A program made the translations under genes and the position numbers. A DNA stretch of 64,000 nt, from assembly GCA_963719075.1 (NCBI GenBank), contig CAVRAN010000001.1, forward strand, positions 128,324 to 192,323. Reading direction: 5' to 3'. Each line of letters opens with the position of its first letter. Positions within the stretch are counted from its first letter, which is position 1. Shown piece by piece: positions 9,295 through 19,045 of the stretch. The notes under the pieces are model-generated. The model ran no database searches and had not been told where the DNA came from. It saw nothing but the letters and a program-made list of their open reading frames with translations. The stretch is from an uncultured Verrucomicrobiae bacterium (lineage in GTDB: Bacteria > Verrucomicrobiota > Verrucomicrobiia > Limisphaerales > UBA11358).

Positions 9295-11469
9295 TTAAGA
9301 AACTTCAGCCTCATCCACGTCCTTGGCCGACGAATAATACTCGGCATACTTGTAGTAGTGATAAGAGCTGACGGAAGAATCTGATCGGTTCAAAATCAAT
9401 CCCAATACTTTGGCCTGACGTTGGAAGAGCAGTTCCAGCCCGTCGCGAACCATCCGGGCATGTGAAAAACGGCTGCGCACCACAAAGAGCGTGCCGTCTG
9501 CCTTGGGTGCAAGGGTGGATGTATCATCCGCCGCAAACACCGGGCAACTGTCAATCACCACATAATCATATTGTTCACGGAGCTGGGCGAGAATCTGATC
9601 CAGTGCCGGACTCAAAAGTAAATCGCCAGGATTGCGGGTGATGCTGCCCCGGGCAATAAAGGAAAAATTCGGCAGATCCGTGGCTTGTATAAATTTCCCG
9701 GCATATTCGGGCTGGCGTAGCAAATCGCTTAAGCCGGGTTTGGAATGCAACTTCAACATTCCATGAATACGCCCCTTACGCAAATCTCCATCCACCAGCA
9801 CCACCTTGGAACCGCCCAAGGCTAGGGCCCGGGCTAGATTAGTGGCAATCGTCGATTTACCCTCATTTGGCACTGCGCTGGTGATGAGCAAAACCTTGGG
9901 TCGTCGACCTTCGACCGACAGATAAAGGAGCGCCGAACGAAGATTGCGATAGGACTCGGCATACATATGACGGTCATCGTCGCTTTCCAAGAGGGCCAGC
10001 GAATCCTCGCTTGAAAATTGGGGAATCTCCGGCACCTGACCAACCACGCTGTCGCCGAACTTCTCGTTCACTTCGACCAGGGAAATAAACCGGTCATCGC
10101 GCACGGCCATCAGAAAAATAATCCCCAGGCCGAGGCCCAGGCCGAGGATGATGGAATGGATCAGCATGGTTTTTGCCTCATCGTATGAACGTGTCGCCGG
10201 TGAGGCGTGTTCAAGAATAGCGAGGGTTTCCTGATCGATATTCCTGCTGATGTCCACGTTTTGCAAAAGGGCCGAGAGCCGGTCATACATTCCCTGATTG
10301 CGGAGAACATCCTGCTTGAGACTGTCTGCGGTGGCGATTCGCTTGTTAGCGTCGGCAACCTTGGTCTCCCACTCCGTAATAAATTGCTCGACGCTGTCAA
10401 TCTTGATTTGCAGTGCTTGGCGGGCGGCGGCGATCTGTTCGTGGTTTTGCTGGCTGTAAACATCCAGCAGTTTTTGGGCGCGGGCAATTTCTTCATCCAG
10501 CTTGACCATTTTAGGGTGCTTGGGTAGCAGATATTTGGATAGTTTTTCGCGATCCAGCTTGAGCATCGCAATTTGCTTGCTGGCATCCATCCGGTCGGAT
10601 GAAGTAGACGTCGGGGAACCGGAACTGCTAAGCAAATTAAAAATCGTGTCACTGTTGTTGGTTGCCTCGGACTGGCCTGAATCCGCCTCTAGTTCCTTGG
10701 CTGCGAGCAGTTGGTACTCCAGTTGATAGTCGGACAATTCAGTTTTTAACTTGACGAGGTAGGATGCTTCGATGGTGCTTTCCTCCTGCAAGACCGCAAA
10801 GTTGTTGCTCTGTTCATACTCATTCAAGGTATCCTGACCCGCTTTCATATCCCGCTCCAGCCGCTGAACCTGTTCTGAAATGGAGGCTAAGGTGTCACCT
10901 GAAACCTGCGCCCGGACATTTTTGCGATACTCCAGATACGATTGCATGAGGGCGTCGAGATATGACGAGGTGAAGGCCGGGTTGGCACTACGGGCTTCAA
11001 CCGTGTAAACCGAGCTTTTCGGCGAGGAGTAAACTTCAATATCCACTGGGAGCGGATTGCCATCCTTGTCTCGTATAATCTGATTCGTGGCATACGCTCC
11101 CATCCGATTCAGTGTCAGGTCCCTCAGCATTTCACTGTGAAGCAATTCGTCTTGCGTGCCGAGGTAATTCTCCCTTGCAGAACTGTTGCCAGAGTCGTCG
11201 GAGAAGGCGGCTCCATCCGGCAACTGTAACTTTTCAGTTTCCCACATGCTTCCGGAGGATACAAACGTGGGCGGCGTGTAGAAAAATATGGCGATGGCCG
11301 TGCCGGTACTTACAATCAGCGTAACCAGCGGTATCCACCAAAATTTACGCAGATAAAATAATAGTTTCTGCGGGCGAAACTTCGAGACAGGAGGGGTATG
11401 GCTGTTCCCCATCGGTTCCATCAACTGGAAGCCGGAATCCGACGGTGAAACTGGTGTCAAATCTTTCAT
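9295..11469 (-). CDS. polysaccharide co-polymerase / tyrosine autokinase (Wzc/GumC/EpsB-like, PCP-2a)
   Basis: 724 aa with two TM segments flanking a long coiled-coil periplasmic region. The C-terminal BY-kinase has Walker A SAVPNEGKSTIATNLA, A-prime VVLVDGDLRKG, Walker B YDYVVIDSCPV and a Tyr-rich tail SSYHYYKYAEYYSS. Confidence 0.85.
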   Translation of the reverse strand: MKDLTPVSPSDSGFQLMEPMGNSHTPPVSKFRPQKLLFYLRKFWWIPLVTLIVSTGTAIAIFFYTPPTFVSSGSMWETEKLQLPDGAAFSDDSGNSSARENYLGTQDELLHSEMLRDLTLNRMGAYATNQIIRDKDGNPLPVDIEVYSSPKSSVYTVEARSANPAFTSSYLDALMQSYLEYRKNVRAQVSGDTLASISEQVQRLERDMKAGQDTLNEYEQSNNFAVLQEESTIEASYLVKLKTELSDYQLEYQLLAAKELEADSGQSEATNNSDTIFNLLSSSGSPTSTSSDRMDASKQIAMLKLDREKLSKYLLPKHPKMVKLDEEIARAQKLLDVYSQQNHEQIAAARQALQIKIDSVEQFITEWETKVADANKRIATADSLKQDVLRNQGMYDRLSALLQNVDISRNIDQETLAILEHASPATRSYDEAKTMLIHSIILGLGLGLGIIFLMAVRDDRFISLVEVNEKFGDSVVGQVPEIPQFSSEDSLALLESDDDRHMYAESYRNLRSALLYLSVEGRRPKVLLITSAVPNEGKSTIATNLARALALGGSKVVLVDGDLRKGRIHGMLKLHSKPGLSDLLRQPEYAGKFIQATDLPNFSFIARGSITRNPGDLLLSPALDQILAQLREQYDYVVIDSCPVFAADDTSTLAPKADGTLFVVRSRFSHARMVRDGLELLFQRQAKVLGLILNRSDSSVSSYHYYKYAEYYSSAKDVDEAEVS

Positions 11470-11475
11470 GTTTGC

Positions 11476-12258
11476 TTAAAACCGAATCATCCGCTCAGGA
11501 ACGAAAATGAGGTCCCCGGGCTGCAACGTCAGGTCATCCTCGTTATTGCCCTTTTCAAAAATCTGGGACACATTCACGATAAAGGTCTTTTCGTCACCAT
11601 GGCCAGTTCCCGTGCTACGTGTCACCTTGACGTTTTTTTGATCTGCATAATCGGTAAAACCACCCGCTCGTAGAATGGCCTTGCTTACCGTCAACGCCTC
11701 GTCGCTGGAGATATCCTCTGGCCCCGGGTCGCGAACGGCACCTACCAGATAAATCTTGCCACGGCTCTCGGGCTTCAAATCAACAGCAATGATGACGGTA
11801 GCCTGCTTGTAATATTCTTTTTCCAGTTCTACCTTCAGGGCCAGCGCCAGCTCCTTGCAAGTTTTGCCGACCGCCGGATAACGGCCAATATAGGGAACCT
11901 GCAAATCGCCCGAATCGGTAACCACGAGATGCACAGGGTCATCCTCATCTTCGATGATCTGGAAGCTCAATTGGTCGCCAATCGCCAGCCGGTATTTGTC
12001 GTCCAGCATGTTGGCGGCATTTGTGTAGCTGGGCGACACCACCACTGACGGTAACATACTGGCTGGGCTGCTGGCGGGCGCATTTGTAACCACCGAATCC
12101 GCCGCCTTCAGAACACTGGCTGCGAAAAACACAACCAGTCCGGTCGTGACCGTTATGTTTAATTTCAAGATGCGCATAAACCGTTGATATTTAAAGTTCT
12201 TCCACCTTTTTCCCACTGGCAATTTTAGGCCGGATATCTGGTTTAAGCAACAGTTCAT
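11476..12258 (-). CDS. outer-membrane polysaccharide export protein (Wza/OPX-like)
   Basis: Signal sequence, then YRLAIGDQLSFQIIEDEDD (Poly_export motif) and an SLBB-like C-terminus ..LQPGDLIFVPERMIRF. The start overlaps the stop of the upstream barrel gene (ATGA). Confidence 0.8.
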   Translation of the reverse strand: MNCCLNQISGLKLPVGKRWKNFKYQRFMRILKLNITVTTGLVVFFAASVLKAADSVVTNAPASSPASMLPSVVVSPSYTNAANMLDDKYRLAIGDQLSFQIIEDEDDPVHLVVTDSGDLQVPYIGRYPAVGKTCKELALALKVELEKEYYKQATVIIAVDLKPESRGKIYLVGAVRDPGPEDISSDEALTVSKAILRAGGFTDYADQKNVKVTRSTGTGHGDEKTFIVNVSQIFEKGNNEDDLTLQPGDLIFVPERMIRF

Positions 12259-13604
12259 TTGGGGTGATAAGTTAATAAAAGCCCGACCTGATTTTGAGTG
12301 TACCCATCATCGGGTGTGCTGGATGAGCGCATCGTAAGACGGTAATCCAAACTCAATGTGAGCCGGCTGGTGAGCGGATGTTGGAAACTTAACTCTCCGG
12401 CGAACCAGTCATAAGTGCCGTTGGGATTTCCTGGCAAGCTTCCCACACTTCCCACACCCTGATCGCCGTGTTCATAAGAAAAGGAGGTTAGAATGTCCAA
12501 GCCGTTTATGACTTTCCAGGTAATACTCGGCCGAACATACCAGTCTTCGACCAAATCCGACTGGACGCCGAGTTGAATTTCATGTCCGGCATCAAGCGAA
12601 TAGCTCACGAAATCCGTCGGTTGATGAGAGATGTTTATACTGCCATACCACGAATTCTGGCTTGAGGTTTGGATATTAGTGCTCGTGTTTTGAAATTGAT
12701 AAATTGAATAGCCAGCGCGAGCAGTAAATTTAAAATACGCTCCGGGCCGAAGCTCGGCATAGGCGCCGACCGTGTAGGCATCATTATTGTTCAAAATGGT
12801 CTGATCATAGGTGGTGAAGGCGGCGGTGGACTCCAGGCCGACGGTTACTTTGGGATGCACTTGAAAACTGGCACGTGCAAATAGCATTTCCGAAGCATGA
12901 TTGATGTCAGAAAATTGACTGCTGGTGGCGATAATATTTTGGTGATCATACCCCATGGACAAATTGACTTGATTCAAGTCCCAAGTGCTGGAAAGCCCGG
13001 CGGTATTTTGAAGAGCGCCATAGCTGGCAGTGTTGGCCACGGTTGCGTTCTGGGACGAATCCTGAACATAACTTACCCAATCATGAAAGTTTATCGTGAA
13101 ATCCTTGATTCCAAGGTCGAATGAAAGACCCGTCCCGGAAGAGGAATTCAAATCGAATGTGCTCAAATTAGAGTGCTTGAGATACCAGTCGTAGCCAATA
13201 GAAACGTCCAGATATAGCAGGTTGCGCTCGGAAAGCGGGTAACTGGCCGTAATTCCAACGGATGGCATCACTATAAAATCATCCATGACATTCGTTTGCG
13301 AAATATTAATGTTGTCATTCCAATCAAATCCCAGCGAGGGGAGAATCAACATTCGAAAGTTACCATTCTTAAACGTATAATTTTGAGATTGCATCTGCTG
13401 GCTTCGAGAGTCCGCTGCTGCGTCGCCCGCGAGCGAATTCTGCAAGGCCTCTTGCGCCGATGCCGACAAAGCCGTTAAAAGCATGAAAATCGCAATCCAA
13501 TGTGGACAAACTGCGCGAAAGACCCCGCTCCGTTCAGTTAACGAATGAGCATCAGGCCGGATTTTCTTTCCCCGTATTTGAGCGCAATTGAAAGCTGAAA
13601 ACAT
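12255..13604 (-). CDS. putative outer-membrane beta-barrel protein, first gene of the export operon
   Basis: Signal peptide ..IAIFMLLTALSASAQE, alternating hydrophobic beta-strand pattern, aromatic C-terminal end ..VGLLLTYHPK. The function is inferred only from context. Confidence 0.5.
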   Translation of the reverse strand: MFSAFNCAQIRGKKIRPDAHSLTERSGVFRAVCPHWIAIFMLLTALSASAQEALQNSLAGDAAADSRSQQMQSQNYTFKNGNFRMLILPSLGFDWNDNINISQTNVMDDFIVMPSVGITASYPLSERNLLYLDVSIGYDWYLKHSNLSTFDLNSSSGTGLSFDLGIKDFTINFHDWVSYVQDSSQNATVANTASYGALQNTAGLSSTWDLNQVNLSMGYDHQNIIATSSQFSDINHASEMLFARASFQVHPKVTVGLESTAAFTTYDQTILNNNDAYTVGAYAELRPGAYFKFTARAGYSIYQFQNTSTNIQTSSQNSWYGSINISHQPTDFVSYSLDAGHEIQLGVQSDLVEDWYVRPSITWKVINGLDILTSFSYEHGDQGVGSVGSLPGNPNGTYDWFAGELSFQHPLTSRLTLSLDYRLTMRSSSTPDDGYTQNQVGLLLTYHPK

Positions 13605-13638
13605 AAAGTTTTATGATTTTTTCCCAATTAAATATTTC

Positions 13639-13663
13639 ATTTGCTTCTTGATATGAAGCAAAT
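13639..13663. promoter_or_regulatory. perfect 9-bp stem hairpin between the AraC gene and the export operon
   Basis: ATTTGCTTC-ttgatat-GAAGCAAAT read directly. It sits in the 175-bp spacer upstream of the barrel gene start. It could be a terminator of the AraC gene or an operator/leader structure. Confidence 0.4.
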
Positions 13664-13779
13664 TTCTTTCCTTGTTGACAAGAAATGAGGGTGTTGAACA
13701 GAAAAGGGTATTAGCAACCAATTGGATTTTCCTTCGTCATCATTTTTATAAAGGTAAAGCATATATTCAAATACAGCTA

Positions 13780-14802
13780 TTATTTGGTCGCTCTTGCTTC
13801 AGACAAATTGTGCTTAATTTTTGACAAGGCTTGGGACCCAAACGTCAAATCTCGACGCTTCAGATCCTGCAAAATGTTTGCCCCGTCTATTAATTTGTCG
13901 GCAATGGTTGTCACAACCGCCGGATGGAAGACTTCAAGCTTGCCACCCAGCGGGCATGAACCGGTAGCTTGTAGTGGGCAGAGTGGCTTGTTTTCAAGCT
14001 TGCGTGCTGGCGCACTGGCGGCTTGAATGGTTGACTTGCGCCACCGGCCCGGGCTGGTGCCAAATCGCCGCTTAAAGCAGGTGTTAAAGAGTCCCAGATG
14101 GTTGAATCCGCATTGTTCAGCCACGTTGATGATTTTTATATTTGAATCCCGCAACAACGATATGGCTTTAAGCATGCGCATCTCCATTCTCAAGGCAGCC
14201 ACGGAAACACCAAAATGTTGATGGAACAGACGATTGAGGTGGCGGCGGCTACAACTAAACCTGTCGGCCAGATCACCCACGGAAAGATTAATAAGTTCGG
14301 ACGCCGAAAGCTTTTCAAAAACTTGAACCATGTGGTCTTCCGTACGGACATAGCCGCTCCGCTGGGACTGCCCTTCTTTGAACTCCACAGACAAGATGGT
14401 AGCGACAATCCGGATTAGCTGGCCACGATGATCCAGATTAAACTGAGGGGGAACTACCTCTAGCAGTCGTTGACATTCCGACGCCAAGGGGCTGCTACCC
14501 CGATAAATTTTGGTTGCCTTAAAGCCTTCGGTAATATTGTGTAGCAAGCTGATTTCGTTGCTGGAGAACAACGGAAGCAAATTTTCAAAGCATACTGAAA
14601 AAGTCCAAAAAAGAAACTCTCCCTTATTATTCCATGCCGCAAGCTTGGAACCATTGGCTCCATTAAAAACCAGTATATCTCCCGGCATAAGGCGGTGCGT
14701 GGCTATTTTTGAGGTGAATTTGCCAACGCCACCTTTGGAAAATAAAAAAGTCAATCCTTCCCGGTTTTGCTCCAATTCTTCAGGAGATTTTAAACGTGCC
14801 AA
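13780..14802 (-). CDS. AraC/XylS family transcriptional regulator
   Basis: The C-terminal double HTH is ..SRRHLNRLFHQHFGVSVAALRMEMRMLKAISLLRDSNIKIINVAEQCGFNHLGLFNTCFKRRFGTSPGRWRK... The N-terminal domain is cupin-like. Confidence 0.8.
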   Translation of the reverse strand: MARLKSPEELEQNREGLTFLFSKGGVGKFTSKIATHRLMPGDILVFNGANGSKLAAWNNKGEFLFWTFSVCFENLLPLFSSNEISLLHNITEGFKATKIYRGSSPLASECQRLLEVVPPQFNLDHRGQLIRIVATILSVEFKEGQSQRSGYVRTEDHMVQVFEKLSASELINLSVGDLADRFSCSRRHLNRLFHQHFGVSVAALRMEMRMLKAISLLRDSNIKIINVAEQCGFNHLGLFNTCFKRRFGTSPGRWRKSTIQAASAPARKLENKPLCPLQATGSCPLGGKLEVFHPAVVTTIADKLIDGANILQDLKRRDLTFGSQALSKIKHNLSEARATK

Positions 14803-15434
14803 AGATAGTGCTAGATGGTCTTGCTTGTTCAGTATACACCTCTAAATAAAAATTATTTTCGAATGAATCCTGATTGTTATGAAAAGATTACAGCCGGGAG
14901 CCATTAATGCAAAAATCTGACCTGCATCCGAGGCAGCTTCATGATTCTGACTTTTTACAGCCGGCATTTTCATTTTAGTTACCTGCATACTGATATCTCT
15001 TCTCTCTATGAACGCAAGACATTATTGCTTGTAAAAAGCCGCGTACTCCCTGTACCGACGTGTCAGACAGACCGGCATACAACCATTAATTTTATGGTTT
15101 TACATTAAGCGGCGAATCTGCCTCAAAATCTATACATAATTACGCGTCCTTATACATATTTGGGACATTTAACGCATTGCACAACCAGCACATGCAAAAG
15201 AATATGCCGATTCATACGCCCGTTTGGACGTTTAATGGTAGAGAAAATCTTAAGAAATTTCGTAGTTTCTGTCTCCCTACCGCTGCGCCAAATTTTTTCT
15301 TAAGAATACATTTGGCTTTTGATTTTGCTATTTGACAATTCGAAAATTTAATGTTTAACTTTTAGTTAACAGGTTGGCAACGATTGTGCTTTACTCCCTC
15401 ACAAGTTGACAGTGATTGTTGCTTTACTCCCATT

Positions 15435-16019
15435 ATGAGGCAGCCAAGTAATTTAGTTTGGAACCATGGCGCGAAGTTTTTTTTAATGCAATGGTTGATT
15501 TGTGCGATGATGCTCATCGCATTGCCTACCTTGCAAGCCGATTCCATTTCACTAGCTTGGAATCCGAGCATTGATCCGTATGTCGCTGGATACAAAATAT
15601 ATTACGGCGTAGCGAGCCATGTTTACACCTCATCGGTTGATGTTGGTAACGTGACGAATACAATCATCAACGGATTATCCGAGAACATGACCTATTATTT
15701 CACCGCAACATCTTATGGTGCTAATGGTGTTGAAAGTAGCTTCTCCAACGAAACCAATCTGGTGCCTTATTCGCCGGCCATGTTAATCCCACTTCCTCCC
15801 CCATCTACGAATCTCTCTACTAATGGCCAGGTTGGCTTTACCAATTACATTTATGGCGTTAGTAATTATTTATATACGGTGCAAGCTTCCACCAATCTCG
15901 TGGACTGGGTTTCGGTCTGCACAAATACCGCCCCATTTATGTTTGTGGATACAAACATGAGTCAGTTCCACCAGCGCTTCTATCGCGTTGTTAACTTGCC
16001 CTGTCCGACAAATTATTAG
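15435..16019 (+). CDS. secreted fibronectin type III domain protein
   Basis: The track ORF starts at 15384. I prefer ATG 15435, which gives the signal peptide ..FFLMQWLICAMMLIALPTLQA. The Fn3 signature is SISLAWNPSIDPYVAGYKIYYG...LSENMTYYFTATSYGANGVESSFSNE. Confidence 0.65.
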   Translation: MRQPSNLVWNHGAKFFLMQWLICAMMLIALPTLQADSISLAWNPSIDPYVAGYKIYYGVASHVYTSSVDVGNVTNTIINGLSENMTYYFTATSYGANGVESSFSNETNLVPYSPAMLIPLPPPSTNLSTNGQVGFTNYIYGVSNYLYTVQASTNLVDWVSVCTNTAPFMFVDTNMSQFHQRFYRVVNLPCPTNY

Positions 16020-16064
16020 CAGTTCATCTTCCACCTAAACTACCAGTTTAGACTGCCTCCACGG

Positions 16065-16559
16065 TCAAATTAGTTCCAAATCAGCGGCTTCGAGTTTAAC
16101 AGCCGCCGCTTGGCCGATAAAATCTAGCCGAAGCAAAACCGTGGTCATGCCATAGCGTTTCTCCACCCAGCCCTCGATTCCCCGCAGCGGGCCACTTTTG
16201 ATTTTGACACGCAGGCCTTCACCAATCGTCGGCGCAAGGCGTATTTCCAAATCGGTTTCCAATGCGCGCATGACCTCGTCCAGTTGGCGGATAAATAAAT
16301 CCTGGTCGGCAATTTCCAAGAGATTGGCCAGATGATCACTTTGCAGAACCATTCCGCGCTTGTTTGCCGGGATGTGAAGAAAAACATAACCCGGGAAAAG
16401 CGGCTTCTTGAACACGACTGTCTTCCCTCGATACTTATGAACCGACTGGTAACAAAGCAAACGAGCAGCCAGTTTCTCCCGCTCGCAATATTCCACCAGT
16501 TTTTTCTCACGGCGCGGGCGTGTATGGGCGACATACCAAAGCAATTGGTTCACACCCAT
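16065..16559 (-). CDS. NusG paralogue (RfaH/LoaP/UpxY-like specialised antiterminator)
   Basis: NGN domain WYVAHTRPRREKKLVEYCERE...FPGYVFLHI and KOW-like GLRVKIKSGPLRGIEGWVEKR. At 164 aa it is shorter than housekeeping NusG, and it sits at the head of a polysaccharide locus. Confidence 0.75.
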   Translation of the reverse strand: MGVNQLLWYVAHTRPRREKKLVEYCEREKLAARLLCYQSVHKYRGKTVVFKKPLFPGYVFLHIPANKRGMVLQSDHLANLLEIADQDLFIRQLDEVMRALETDLEIRLAPTIGEGLRVKIKSGPLRGIEGWVEKRYGMTTVLLRLDFIGQAAAVKLEAADLELI

Positions 16560-16700
16560 TAGCTTGTTTGTCCACCAGCGGGTGTCAAGCTCCAGAGTTC
16601 TCTACAGGCGACCCGTTCGCGGTTGCAATTTTATTTGCTTTTGGCCACAAGCGTTTTGTTATATATAAAATTTGGAAAATTATAAAAAGCAACAGCAGAG

Positions 16701-18950
16701 ATGAAAAAAGTCAGTTCAATACTGGTGGTGGATGACAGCAGCGAAATCCGCGAACTGTTTTCAACTTGTCTGCGCGAGGAAGGTTACCAGGTGCTGGAGG
16801 CGGAAACCGGCATGCAGGGACTCCAATTGGCGCAGACACGCTTTCCAGATTTGGTGCTGCTCGATGTCCGGTTGCCGGATGTCAGCGGCGTGGAAGTCTG
16901 CCGGCGAATCAAGAGCGATCCGGCACTGAAAGATGTTTTTGTCGCCTTGTGTTCTGGAGAGGCTACGAGCGACGAACATAAGGTAAATGGTTTTCAATCC
17001 GGCGCGGATGAATATCTCGTCAAGCCGTTTGGAGTTCAGGAACTATTGGCGCGGGTGCAGACGCTGGTGCGGCTCCGCAACACCACCGCCGCACTCCGAA
17101 CCAGCGAAGAGCATCATCGCCGGCTGATTGACATTCTGCCAGATGCGGTTTGCTTGATTCACCCAAAAGGCCGCTTATTGGCGGTCAACTCACAGGCGGT
17201 GGCCATACTCGGCTATTCCAGCACCGGGGAATTGCTCCAAAAAAGCATTTTTGAACTTACACCAGCAGATGAGCATGAACGCATCAAGATGGACATCACG
17301 GTTGCGCTGAAAGCCGGCATCATTCGGAATGTCGAATATACGATGCTTAAAAAAAACGGGACTCACATCTCGGTTGAATTAAGCGCGACAGTTTCGCTCG
17401 GTTTCAATAACCAGCCCGCCGGCTTGTTAAGCGTAGTGCGCAATATCACCGAGAGCAAACAGGCACAGGAAGCCCTTCAGGACAGCGAAGAACGATTCCG
17501 GCAACTGGCGGACAACATCCGGGAAGTTTTTTGGATGAGCAACATCGATAAAAGTAAAATCATCTATGTCAGTCCGGCTTATGAAGAAATCTGGGGGCAA
17601 ACCTGCAGCAGTCTTTACGCCTCACCTCAAAACTGGATTGAATCTGTTCATCCCGATGACCGCAAACTTGTATCTGAAAACGCACTCAAAAAACAGGTAA
17701 CAGGCGAGTACGATGAAATCTATCGCATTATCCGGCCTGACGGCTCAATCCGGTGGATTCAAGATCGCGCCTTTCCCATCAGCGATGCTTCCGGAAAAAT
17801 TTACCGAATTGTTGGCATTGCTGATGACATTACCAAGCGCAAAGAAGCTTGGGATGCTCTGGGCGAAAGCGAAGCCCGTAAACGGGCCATCATGCAGGCG
17901 GCGCTGGATGGCATCATCACCATTGACCATGAAGGGCGGATAGCTGAATTGAATTCCGCTGCGGGAAAAATCTTTGGTCACAACCATTCCAAATTTATCG
18001 GTGAAAATGTGATGGGGGTGATTCCTCCATCGTTCAAACCATGGTTTAAGACGGGTCTGGCCAATTGTTTTGCCGGCGATAAAGGTCCCATTCAAGGCAG
18101 CCGGATTGAGATGCCCGCACTGCGAGTTGATGGTAGCCAGTTTTTTGCAGAATTAACCATCACCCAGATCCGCCTGCTGGGGCATCCGATGTTTACGCTA
18201 TATATTCGCGACATCACTAAGCGTAAGCGCGCCGAAGCAGAACTACGGTCACTGCCACAACGCATTATTAAAGCTCAGGAAGCCGAGCGCTTGCGCATCG
18301 CTCGGGAATTGCATGATGGTATCAACCAAATGATTGCCTCGGTGAAGATGCGACTTCGCAGAGTGGAAGACAACCTGCCGGGACTCAAACCCGCGGCCAG
18401 AGAAATTCTCCGCCGTTGCGACCGCCTGCTCGTAAAGGTTCTAGAGGAGAACCGCCAGATCGCGCACAACCTTCGGCCAACGGAATTGGATAATCTGGGA
18501 TTGGCGGCCGCCTGTAGCAGCTTTTGTAGCCAGGTCCAATCGCGAACCAATCTTCAGTTTCAATGCCGGCTCACTCTTCCCAAACAGCGGCTGCCGTCCG
18601 TGGTTGAATTGCACCTGTTTCGCATTGTGCAGGAGGCCATCAACAACATCGAAAAATATGCCCAAGCGAAATCAGTCAAATTGCAAATACGTTTTTACGG
18701 AAATTCAGTGGTTCTGAAAATTCAGGATGACGGCAAGGGGTTCGATGCCAAAACCCTCAAGATGGGAAGGAAAATCCTTCATGGTCTCGGCCTCACAAAT
18801 ATGCGTGAGCGTGCCTTGTCCCTGGGCGGCACCTGCGAAATAACCTCCCAGCCTGGACGGGGAACCACCATTATTGTGCGCGTGCCATTAAGTACTAGAA
18901 TTCCCAAAAAGGGGGTCAAATCTAAAACGGGAAAGTCTTCGCCACATTAA
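16701..18950 (+). CDS. hybrid sensor: receiver + multiple PAS domains + HisKA_3 histidine kinase
   Basis: The N-terminal REC domain has ..ILVVDDSSEIRELF...DLVLLDVRLPDVSG... Several PAS-like repeats follow. The H-box is RIARELHDGINQMIASVKM, and the HATPase is ..IQDDGKGFD...GLGLTNMRERALSLGG... Confidence 0.85.
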   Translation: MKKVSSILVVDDSSEIRELFSTCLREEGYQVLEAETGMQGLQLAQTRFPDLVLLDVRLPDVSGVEVCRRIKSDPALKDVFVALCSGEATSDEHKVNGFQSGADEYLVKPFGVQELLARVQTLVRLRNTTAALRTSEEHHRRLIDILPDAVCLIHPKGRLLAVNSQAVAILGYSSTGELLQKSIFELTPADEHERIKMDITVALKAGIIRNVEYTMLKKNGTHISVELSATVSLGFNNQPAGLLSVVRNITESKQAQEALQDSEERFRQLADNIREVFWMSNIDKSKIIYVSPAYEEIWGQTCSSLYASPQNWIESVHPDDRKLVSENALKKQVTGEYDEIYRIIRPDGSIRWIQDRAFPISDASGKIYRIVGIADDITKRKEAWDALGESEARKRAIMQAALDGIITIDHEGRIAELNSAAGKIFGHNHSKFIGENVMGVIPPSFKPWFKTGLANCFAGDKGPIQGSRIEMPALRVDGSQFFAELTITQIRLLGHPMFTLYIRDITKRKRAEAELRSLPQRIIKAQEAERLRIARELHDGINQMIASVKMRLRRVEDNLPGLKPAAREILRRCDRLLVKVLEENRQIAHNLRPTELDNLGLAAACSSFCSQVQSRTNLQFQCRLTLPKQRLPSVVELHLFRIVQEAINNIEKYAQAKSVKLQIRFYGNSVVLKIQDDGKGFDAKTLKMGRKILHGLGLTNMRERALSLGGTCEITSQPGRGTTIIVRVPLSTRIPKKGVKSKTGKSSPH

Positions 18951-19045
18951 ACAAAGTTCACGTGGTGTCTTGGAAAATCTAAAATTCCGGTAATGATGTG
19001 CTAACTTGCTCATCCAATTGTTACAGCAACTACTGCCAGGCCGGT

